Below are positions 1 to 10,366 of a stretch of DNA of 64,000 nucleotides, piece by piece. The stretch's first letter is position 1, and each line of letters opens with the position of its first letter. Origin of the DNA: Basidiobolus meristosporus CBS 931.73 (lineage: Eukaryota; Fungi; Basidiobolomycota); contig MCFE01000128.1 of NCBI GenBank assembly GCA_002104905.1, forward strand, positions 1 through 64,000, written 5' to 3'. Under the pieces are notes generated by a model, which was not told the origin of the DNA, ran no database searches, and saw only the letters and a program-made list of their open reading frames with translations. The translations under genes and the position numbers were made by a program.

Positions 1-568
1 CAAGTTAACAAGCTATCTAAGGGTTGATATACCAGAACAGAGTGCTCAAATTTGGTGAATTCTCCCACTACCTGGCACAACCCTAAATTTTTTTCACCCC
101 ACGAACTTTGCAAGGTTGAATCCAGTGCTCATTCTTGAATTAAACCTGATTAGTTTAATGTATTTTGTATACTTTCAATGACCACTACTCGCACCACATC
201 TCTTAAGCACGGAATCCCCTCATGTCCTTTTTCGAGTCTTCTTAGTGGTGTGGGCTCAAAAGAGATTCATTATCTAGGAAGCCATTTCGATGTAGTGATA
301 TATTGCCATGCAAAAGCTCTTGTGGCTTTGAGTTAATTCATCTGGTAGCTAGCCTTTTTGTAGAACACCACCTGAAACATCTTACAATAAACTCAACAAC
401 GCACCGAGTACCTTCCGGATAGAGATAAATACTCCATCTATGAAATGGCGCAATCAGCGAATTCCCCTGAAGTTTATCACTGACTCCCACTGTTTCAGGT
501 GAATGACTCCAGTACCCACCACTGTTACTCCCTTGTAAGCGAAATAAATGTAGTGGAATAAAAAGTTG

Positions 569-640
569 TGCCTACTGCCAGGATTGAACTGGCGACCTTC
601 AGTTTACGAGACTGACGCGCTACCACTGCGCTAAGCAGGC
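569..640 (-). tRNA. tRNA-Thr(CGU), intronless
   Basis: Reverse complement GCCTGCTTAGCGCAGTGGTAGCGCGTCAGTCT-CGT-AAACTGAAGGTCGCCAGTTCAATCCTGGCAGTAGGCA folds as a cloverleaf: acceptor GCCTGCT/AGTAGGC, D stem GCGC/GCGC, anticodon stem TCAGT/ACTGA, T stem GCCAG/CTGGC. A TTTT Pol III terminator follows. Confidence 0.95.
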
Positions 641-1468
641 TAATCTTATCATTGGAACAAAAATTCAACTTATGATCAAAACAAATAGATGATCCGACCA
701 TACCATATATATTTTGATGAGTGGATCTGTTCTTATTCACGTGGTCAGTAAGCTGATTTGTAGAAGAATTCACATTTTACCCTATCGTAACATCCCACAA
801 TACTGACGATAGAGTCGGTGGATTTAATTAAGCTCTGCCTTGCAAGGGAAACACTAATTCTCAGTAGGAAACTTTTACCTGTTATTTTATAAATAACATA
901 TAGTTTTCTTTGTGATGTAAATGGGGATCATTACTCAATCATGATTAGATCGACCCAGGCTCATTCGGATTGCAACCCGGATTGAGTCGACTGCTGATCT
1001 GAGAAATTCACATAATCAATACAAAATTCAAAGATGACATGTCTGGCTTCACCTCAAATTGCCCTGCACCTTCAGTAGAGTAAAATCGGTAATCAGACAT
1101 TTCAAGTCATTGTTCTGACTGTGGCTACTAAATAGAGTGCCATTTCTAGGCTTTTGCTTGATGGCACTTTGAAATAATGTTTCAAAAATGGCAAACCACC
1201 CTTGCTACCTGCATACTTTAATATTGACAGATATCTTGAAATCACAAAAGCTGTCAAGATCTGCACTTGCGCGAAGCGCGAGTGTGCAACGCCCGGGCGA
1301 TGAGCTGTTGAGTGCTCCACTCACTAGTGTATTTATGAATCCTCACTGGCAACTTTGCCGCGACACCTCTTAGATGTAATCCAATGACCATGACCTATTC
1401 AGATTGTTTCGAACCTCGCATGTTTCGCTTGTTGCGTGCATTCTAGTTTTTTTCTTAAATATATTGAC

Positions 1469-1524
1469 CATACCTCATACCATACCTCATACCATACCTC
1501 TTACCATACCTCTTACCATACCTC
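1469..1524. repeat. 12-bp tandem repeat (CATACCTCWTAC), ~4.7 copies
   Basis: Directly visible: catacctcatac x2, catacctcttac x2, then catacctc. Confidence 0.9.
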
Positions 1525-2545
1525 GGGTACTCTTCATTACTTGACACTACCCTAAATTCGTGAAAACCAGGAACCATGAAAAATCCCGGGTTTTCTTACG
1601 AATGATACTCCTTTGTTGCCTTCCACGATAATAAAGCGCAGTATTCCCAGTTAGGTACTTCATACAGTTTTGCCTATTTTCAATTTCCAAGGCCAATCTA
1701 CATTCAAAAATGAATTTGCGATGTCTTCCCACTTTCACCGAATTGAGTAGTTTGCCATTATAGAATCTCTTGGTCGTTTCCATAAAAGATCTGCATGACG
1801 TTTACAAGTGCCTTCACAGGCCATTTGAAAGAACAATCCTGCATTCAGTTTTCCAAAGCTTAATGGCAAATATTCAGGTGGAAATCATATTTGTAACTGT
1901 CACCAAGCTGATTGCAAGTTCCAATTTTGCTTGCTATACTGGCGTTGTCTAAATTCTATGAAGTTTGTTATGCTACAACTACTTTACAAAGCCGCACATT
2001 TGGGTGTAACATAATTTCGCTAGTCTGTCTGTTTGATGGAAAGGTGCACGTAAACATGAGTTACCCAAGTGCTATGTTGAAATCGAGTGATTACTCAAAG
2101 CATCACTTTCTGATACTGTACGATCATGCAACTAGAAAAATTCATGCTAATTTCAATCCTGATTCTGATGGAAAGTTGCTCATAAGCTTTGTCGCAGGAT
2201 AGTGTATATGGCAGAGGTACTAGGGTCACAAGAGGGTTCAGTGTACATATTAACTATTTTAGTAGCACTTGTCCGCAGAAAGTGATATAAGCTTGGGCAC
2301 GAATGGCAAATTGAATCGGTGTCTGGGTGACAGTTCACGAAATTATCGATACCACCAGATCCATTACCACATTTTCGGTAAAGCCCACATACTGCTGCCT
2401 ACTTCTATTATTACCCCGCCATTATTGTTGGGGTACACAGTCTTATACATCAGCAGAAAAATACCCTTTAGAACTGCTACACACTGGGCATTAAGTAGTA
2501 ACGAGTAGGCTGGTGTTCGTGAGAAATGAACCTTCAGCTTATTTA

Positions 2546-3178
2546 TTAGAGGATATACACAACGTTTATATAATGCTTTGAGATGCTTTGGGCTATTAAT
2601 AACCCCAAGGAAGCTACGGACTCCACCAACCAAAGCACTGTTGTGGTGAAATCGGGGAAGGGTGCTGGTTGAGCATGCAGCCCAAACGAGGCTGGTACAT
2701 CTGAGCCATCCTTAGTGTAATATTTGTCAAAGAAGTCATTTTAAAGCCAAAGAACCTTGTTGAAGGCCAGAATCACTTGTAGCTCGTGCTCCCGCTCAAG
2801 ATGAAGTGAGCCAACCCGTGATATCAGAGTGTTCTCGATGAAGCCCATGAGCGCAGAGATATGGATGTACTTCACATTGATCTTGGACTTCTTTCCCGGG
2901 ATGTCGGTATGAATCTTGGCCACCCAGTCAAGGTGCATGATCATCCTTTCGTCGCAGGGATTGGACAGGAGACAGTTGATGTAGCGGGTCAGTGTATCTT
3001 TCCTGTACTTGATCGGGGAACTGTTGACTTTGAGGTCTTGCACATTCTTAACCACCTCACCAGCGTACCCCTCGTGGCATTTGGCCATGTCATCATCTAC
3101 CACGATACTAGAAAGATTCAATCCCGCATGGACAATCCCTGCCTTCAGGGACTTCTTTAGCTTTAGTGGTGTGGTCAT
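2546..3178 (-). pseudogene. Protoglobin / globin-sensor-domain family gene with premature stop and degraded N-terminus
   Basis: ORF 2741-3178 has family-like motifs (EGYAGEV..IKYRKDTL..Y; LDWVAKIHT..GKKSKINVKYIHISALMGF; AFNKVLWL). The frame continues past the TAA at 2741-2743 as NDFFDKYY..., matching the family motif WIQNDLF..Y with Gln CAA changed to TAA, and runs to a TAA at 2546. Confidence 0.75.
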
Positions 3179-4013
3179 TAATTATTAGAGACACTTTGAT
3201 ATACTCCATTACTTTTAAAATTCTAAACATTCGCTTGATTCATATTGAGCACGCTTATTATCAATATCTGGAAGAGCAATGGCCTAGTGCTATCAGCTAT
3301 AGAAAATTGAATTTGTGGTAAATGTGGTAAATGTGCATCAATAATTGTTCAATTATAAATATAACCCTATATTGGGGGAGCAAGTAAAAAGTTCACCAGA
3401 TGTCAGGGTAAAAATAAGGGTAGTGTATTTGCTGCACCTTCCTACAAACCTCACAAATGATCATAGATACGCTTAAAAATAGACAACTTGCCTGCAATCA
3501 AAGATCACACAATACTTCTGAACGCCATAGGAATATTTATATAATGTAAGTATCAATTACAAGATCCACAGCAAGCAATAAGAGGTTCTTGCAGCATTCA
3601 CTATCTCCTGACTATTATTCGATTTATCTGGCAGAATCACTGGGAGCAGGCGTCCCAGAAGCCAATAAGGCTTCAAGGGAAATAATTTTATTAGCTGTGT
3701 GGCGCTGTCATCGATTACGCAATTAAATCATGGCAAGCTAAGTTAAGATTGATGTATATTCGAATGCGGTAAAACACATGGTTAGAAACAACGATGATAC
3801 CTTTGGGTGAAACATCTTAAACTGCCAATGATATATATATGCGTAGATTAAGGTAACTTTCAATAGTTCATTTGACATCTCGATTGTGCCAAGATTCCAA
3901 GTTACCAAACATGGCTAGATTAATGATATTATTATGCCACATAAAATGGTGTAGCAACTTTGGTATTAGAGCAGTAATCAGTATATATAGGAGCGTCCTG
4001 CTTGATCAACCGT

Positions 4014-5297
4014 ATGGCTCAATCAAATTATGAAAACAAAGCAACCCTAGACTCAATCTACTTCGATTGGAAGAAGATCCCAATTACCATCAGACCTGGT
4101 GAATCCTCTTTTCAACAGCTTCTTGATGATCTCCTCAACGAAAATCGAATCATTGAGGGATCGAAACCGACTGGCCAGCTCGAAGCACAGACCTTGGCTA
4201 GGTCTTCACCACCAGGAATTGACAAGCTTGCTGACAGAAGCGCCAATATGGCGTTTCAAAACGCTATCACCCGACTGATGTTAGTTGGGTTGGATCCTGT
4301 TCAAGACTTCAAGGAGTTCGGCCTAAACGTAGACTCGGCCTACAATGCCACCTTTCTAGCAGCAAATCTTTTCTGCGTCTTACCACTTATGGCCGATTGT
4401 TTGCACTTAACCTTTGCTACCACCGAGCAGTTTCCTGAGTACGGCTATGAGGTCTTATGTGTTGAACAGCATTTGAACGTCGCCCTGGGGATAAAAGATA
4501 CGATCGATGATTTGGCATCCCTAGTGCATGCCATTTTGAAAAGTTTGCCCCCAGGCTCAGCTAGCACCAATGAACTAATTGAGCCACTGAAATATCTCAA
4601 GTCGATAGCCGCCAAAAACACCTTCATTCGCTACCTGTGTAAGGTCACTATAAAGCGGTTGAAGAAGAAACCGCTACTGCTGAGCGAAAAGGCGATGATA
4701 GGATTGAAGAGCTCGATTACCTATGCCGTTGAGAACCTTTTCAGAGAGAAATGGCTGTTGGTTCCCTACCCAAGAAATAGAACTTTGGATCTGCTTCATT
4801 GCCGAAAGACTCTAAAGAACAACGTCATTGTTCGGCCGCCCGTTCTTACTGTCGACAAAGCTTTGATCGATCCTTCAGAATTAAATAAGGCTATCCTCTC
4901 TAAAAAACTAAAACTATATACTAAGGGTCACCTACTATTTAAAGAGGATACAGGGGAGTATGGTATGCGGCTACCTTCCTTGGTCGATGTAAAGAAAGCG
5001 ATTTTTAGAGAAAGATTGGGCACTCTTCACTCATATGATCTTCTAGTGCTTCGAGTAGCCACTATTGAGTTCCACAACAGAGAGGTCAACAAGGCTCCCT
5101 TCTCTAACATCCCTTACGAATATCTAGCCATTTGTCGAAAAATATACGACGATTCTTGGATTGACTCACTAATTGCTCTGAAGCTCAAGCGACTGCTGTC
5201 AGGACAATATAGCATGATGGGTGAGCTGGATATGAAGCTAGCCCATAAGCCTATATGTTTCCATGGCCCGCACCACTGGTATCTCAAAACTAAATGA
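4014..5297 (+). CDS. Intronless hypothetical protein, 427 aa, no recognisable domain
   Basis: Uninterrupted 1.28-kb ORF, higher GC than its flanks, TATATATAG about 30 nt upstream of the ATG at 4014. Confidence 0.7.
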   Translation: MAQSNYENKATLDSIYFDWKKIPITIRPGESSFQQLLDDLLNENRIIEGSKPTGQLEAQTLARSSPPGIDKLADRSANMAFQNAITRLMLVGLDPVQDFKEFGLNVDSAYNATFLAANLFCVLPLMADCLHLTFATTEQFPEYGYEVLCVEQHLNVALGIKDTIDDLASLVHAILKSLPPGSASTNELIEPLKYLKSIAAKNTFIRYLCKVTIKRLKKKPLLLSEKAMIGLKSSITYAVENLFREKWLLVPYPRNRTLDLLHCRKTLKNNVIVRPPVLTVDKALIDPSELNKAILSKKLKLYTKGHLLFKEDTGEYGMRLPSLVDVKKAIFRERLGTLHSYDLLVLRVATIEFHNREVNKAPFSNIPYEYLAICRKIYDDSWIDSLIALKLKRLLSGQYSMMGELDMKLAHKPICFHGPHHWYLKTK

Positions 5298-6899
5298 TCG
5301 ATTTTACCCAGGATTCGATAATTATTTAACTGCTTTTGCTAAAAAAAACTATGTAGTACTATAAATACCCATAATCATTTACCTAATAAAGGACAGCAAG
5401 TAACATGTTAAAGTAAATATGACCACTGACTACGTAGTAGAGACAGGTTGATTAGCTATGGTCTTTACGATGGTTGGCTGGTAATAGCCTCTTTAGAGCG
5501 GCGGGGCCTTCTTTCAAAATTTTGGAGGTCGCTTCCAGGGCTTGGCTGAGAGCCGTCAACTGAATTGCCAAGGTAGCGGTTTGACTCTTAATTTGAGGCA
5601 TTGATCGTAGCACCGAGATCAGGAAACTGGGGGCAAATAGTACAAATGCCTTTCATAACTCAAGTGTTTGATTCCATGGAAATGTCTTCCATAGCTTAAT
5701 GAATCAGTTTAGCAGGTGGCACGGGGCTTTTATGACCTGAACAATGGCAAAGTTGCAATAGCGCAACCTCCTATTGGGTAACATATTGATGCTCTGGTTG
5801 GAGCAAGTGACCAAGATCCGATATGTGCTTCGTTAGACGTTCTCGGTGTATAAAAAGTAATCTGCATTAAAGTATCCAAGTTTGAGATGTTACCATCGGG
5901 TATGGCCAAGTGTAAGCCATAGGATTGTTTTCAGCATCCGCCATATAACAATCTGAATGGCTTGTGTCGTTGGTTCACTGTTCCGAATCGAATTTAGAAT
6001 AGCAGGTGGGAATGTAAACAATGGTATTATACCATGAAGTAGGTCTGCCAATATACGATTGATGATGGAGCTAACAACATTCCGCCCGCCCTAAGCTTCC
6101 CGAGACCCTTTTCCATTATTGTTAGATATTCATTGGATCCTTTTTTAATCATGCATTGATTTTATATTGAGTGCTGATGTTGGGAAAGATACTGGTTAGC
6201 TTTTCACCGATGAATGAGCACGTAAAAGAAGCTTCTGTGACGTAGGACCAGTATATTATTTTCACAATAGACATGGAAGTAGATAGAAGCTGAGGTAAGT
6301 GAAAATGACTGGTGCTTTTATAGAATTTGCACCACAAATCTGTCTCGGCGAATGACGTCTGTCACCAACACTTCTGGTAGAGCTTTGAGAAGCTAAATAA
6401 AGAATGGGCTATGGAATGACATGGAGATAAGTGGGATATATGTGTCAAATTTCTAATATTTAATAACTAGGATGACTTATCACAACTCTTTAAAGAGTTG
6501 ATGGCTAACATGCTACTTGTGAAACCAAAATATGAGTAGGGGTCATATGTAAGTGCAAATACGAGAAGGTTCTTGCACCCATTTGACTATTGTACATCAG
6601 TTTTTTTGCTACTTTCCGATATCATTATGGTGCCCTTTCAAGGCGGTTACCAACCCCATCTTGATACCATGATTTCCTATAACACAGTATCTGTAAAATA
6701 TTACCATCCAGAATTCTATTTGGCTATGTACTAGCTGACCTATCCATTTGGCCAATACATATCAGCACTTTATTGCTATTACTTGTGACTTTGGTACGCA
6801 CAAATTAATTGCTTAGGTTGTATGAATTTCAAGTCAATATAATATTCATCAAATGTTGGTACATTCTATATGTCCAAAAATGTAAGTTGAGTTCGCCTT

Positions 6900-7260
6900 A
6901 ACAGGAGTGTAGTTAACCACTGAACGGCTGCCACTTGGTAGCATCCTCAGTCCCGCACCATGTGGTGTCTCCCTATCTTAGTAAGACGATATTTTCAACT
7001 ATTCCTTGGTCAGCATTGAAAAGTGGCAATGATCTGCTGTATTGTTGGGAAAGCTCACTCAACTCTCTGAGCAATCTGAGACATAGCAATGTAGATTTGC
7101 ATCGAAATGATTCACAGATGCATCTTATCTGGGATCTAAATGAATCAGATCATAGATCATTGCCTTGCAATTGATCGATAATTTTTTCGGATATATAGTG
7201 TACCGAGTCATCAATGGCAACAATTAGTCACACTAGTCCATTCTATCATGTATATAAAAC
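6900..7260 (-). pseudogene. Decayed coding remnant of unknown family
   Basis: About 110 codons in one minus frame with only 3 internal stops (LIVAIDDSVHYISEKIIDQLQG...LLRELSELSQQYSRSLPLF). IVAIDD resembles a Walker B-type strand. Confidence 0.3.
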
Positions 7261-7860
7261 TAGGATGGCATAGTTGATCTAACCAATGTTGAAAATAGCT
7301 ATGGTTGACCACACCACAGGTAACACACCATGAGCCAGAAACTACTCTACACAGGTGGAAAGTCCCATTTTAAGCTATGTAACTGCTGTATTCATTAATA
7401 TGCATTAGAAAACACCATTTTCAATTTAGATGGGGAATCACTTGTGCGAAGTAGATTTTTGCTATTCAGGGAAATATTCAATCATCAGAATTTTCAAAAG
7501 GCTTCGATCCACCAGTGTACAGAGATGCCAGTCCCGTCAAACACTCAGAACGTGCTCCCAGGCTGAATGTACCTCATCCGCAAGTTTGGTTTTCCGGGGT
7601 CCATGGCAATCAGATCATGATCAGAGCACGAAAGGGTGAAGGTTAAAAAAGGTTTAAGCTCTGAAGAGATGATGTCATGACTGAGCCAAAAATGGCAACT
7701 ATTTTCATATTTTCAGACCCTTAGTGTGCCTTTCTACTCTTGGCCATTGGATTAGTATTATAGGTACGATAGTGATCTCTTCCAGGGGCTAAGTTTTGTG
7801 AACACTGGATTTATTGTATTCATATAGAGCAGATTGCATTCTTATAATTATTGATATTTA

Positions 7861-9504
7861 CTATGGCCTCCCTTGAATCTTGGAATTCTCTCTTCCTTTG
7901 ATGAGAAATAAGGAGCGAATGTGTAAACTGATCCAGATCGCCGCAATACCAAGGACAAGTCCCATCTCGTACGGTAATAGGGTCTCAAATCCGTAGTTTC
8001 CTATGAGATATCCGGCCAACCATGAGAATAATCCATTACCACAGCATGCAAATGCGGTAATGAAGCCAATTGCGGTGGCTACAGAAGAGCAATGGCAATC
8101 ATATCAGTAAAAAGATCTCAAAACAGCTGCATTGAGCGAAGTTTCGATGTACCTTGTAATCGTTTGGAGTACAACAGATCGTTGATTACAGCGATCGATG
8201 TTGGGTAGATGGGGCCACTGTATAGAAAAATATTAACAACAAAGCTAAACAGCCATGGTCTAAGATGCGGGATGATACTTACAGCCCATATCCTATTAAG
8301 AAGATGCCAATTCCACAAGCAGCAGGTGAGCGCAGTAGCCATACTAGCAGTAGACCAACAAGAGTGAAGGCAAGGCAAGCATAGATCACAAAGAACTGTC
8401 TTTTGCGAGTTCGAGCCATGAGCCCAAGTGTTACACGGCCAAGGAACATGCCCAGCCAATAAATACTGACGAATAGGCTTGAGAGTGATGATGAGAATCC
8501 GCGACTTTCCTCGAATAGCTTAAAGGTCCAACTTCCAATACTGACACCTATGTATCAGGGAATCGAAGTAATTAGATTAAATGAAGAATTTCAAGCCTCC
8601 TCAGCTTTTGGTCTGCCATAGTCCTGTAAAGAAGCATTACTAACCAGCTCCCATGTATACAAACGCCATCAATCCACCTAACCAAACAACACTTTTACGC
8701 AGAGTGGCCACCGTAAGGCTACCTTGGATGTCCTCTTCGCTGTCGATACTAGAGTTATCTGAATTCTTCTCTTCGCTCATGTTATTCTCATCCGACTTGA
8801 TTAGAGGTAGGGATTTGCGAAACATTGCCAAGAAACATAGAAGTACAAAAAGGCAAGAACCGCCCCAAATATAGTACAGGTAATGCCACCGCAGCCGGTG
8901 TTCTTTTTCTCCCATTACTGCATTAGCAATAATAGGGCCAACCCAAGCACCAACGCCGTAGGAAGCATGTAGATAGTTCAGTAGAGCTCCATTATTTGGA
9001 AGGGCTACAAAATAGGCATTGAAGCCAGCATCGACAGCTGCTACCTTTAAGTTGATTAGCAGAGTAGCTGGAATACATATACGCCACTGATGGGCATCTT
9101 ACCGACACGCCAAGGAGCACCAACAGAGCTAGGTATGCCGCAAACGGAGGGGCAATGCCACAAAGCACAGTGGAGATGATAAAGAGAGTGCCAGCACAAG
9201 CAAGGTATACACGGATAGTGAGTCGCTCAATGAGCCAGCCACATACCAGTGAGGAGATCAGGTAGCCAATGAGAGTGAAGAGAAAAACAACAGCAACCAT
9301 TTGATCGCTGACTTGATATTGAACCGAGATACCAGAGAGAAGTACGCCGAAACTACCATCATTGAACCCAATTACTACGAAGGCCAAGTAACTGAGGGCA
9401 ATAGAAGCATAAAACCATCGCCGTGATACTTCATTGGCGGGCGGATTGCCTGGTGCCAATTCTAGCGAGTGTTTTGCTTCATGGTGTGGATTTGAGGTGG
9501 ACAT
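7861..9504 (-). CDS. MFS transporter, BSC6/fucose-permease-like, multi-exon
   Basis: Hydrophobic TM helices and family-like motifs GFNDGSFGVLL, DAGFNAYF, LNYLHASYGVGALVGP, YWLGMFLGRVTLG, GPIYPT. GT-AG introns traced by hand; stop TAG at 7861. Confidence 0.85.
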
Positions 9505-10366
9505 TACTTCAAACTCAATGCCGGTAAATTAATCTGTCGAATATGATTCGACCCATCAATTTATATACCAGCCAAATTGAAACATGGGCTACCATATAGA
9601 AACCCCGGTTGAAAAACCAGAGTCGATATGTGAACATACTCCGCGCAGAACCCAGAGGGGCAAACATCCCCTCTTTGATATAACTTGATTTCTGGTTTTG
9701 ATAAGCACCAATAATTAGTTGTGCATGTGCACTTGCAAACTTATCTGGTGATTTGTATCTCCCGGTGCAACTTAGTTATTAACAATGTATCTTACGTGAT
9801 TGTGTGGTTTGGGGATGTGCGTGTGTACTTAGTAGCCCTCATACAATTATAGGCCTGTGTTCTCTTCCACTGATCTACAACATAATTTACTAAATTATTA
9901 ACCTGCATGTGCCGGTGTACATGTGACTTCGAGCGATGACATCATTGATGATCCATACCAAGAATACAATCCCTGTACTCAGCACCTTACTCTGGAGGAT
10001 CCGGTTATAACCGGGGAGGGCGTTAGCGCTGTACTGGTGTCGACCTCCATTCCAAACAACCCCAATGCCTTCAACGCACGGTTGCACTTGTATCCGGGGC
10101 AGAGAACGACCTCCTTCATAGTCCAATAACAAGCTTCGCCTTCATGGATGTCTTCAAGCATGCTTCCTGTTTGATAAAATATTGAGAGATTTGTATTCAG
10201 ATAACAAAAATCCCAGCATACATCACGTACTACTCACAGCAACCGTACGCTCCTTTGCCTTGCGCCAGAGATATAAAAGCAGCATACAGGTTCCCATTTT
10301 CTTTACAAGCCTTCCATAGTACAGCTCACCAAACCATAACGCGCTAGCAACTCCTTAGCATCAAAC

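Noticed and set aside
2741-2743. Stop-codon reassignment (TAA/TAG = Gln), suggested by in-frame stops at Gln-like positions
   Set aside because: Conserved genes end normally at TAA or TAG (RPL40, RPT3, TOM40, TIM44). The internal stops occur only in decayed genes and TEs and fit C-to-T mutation.
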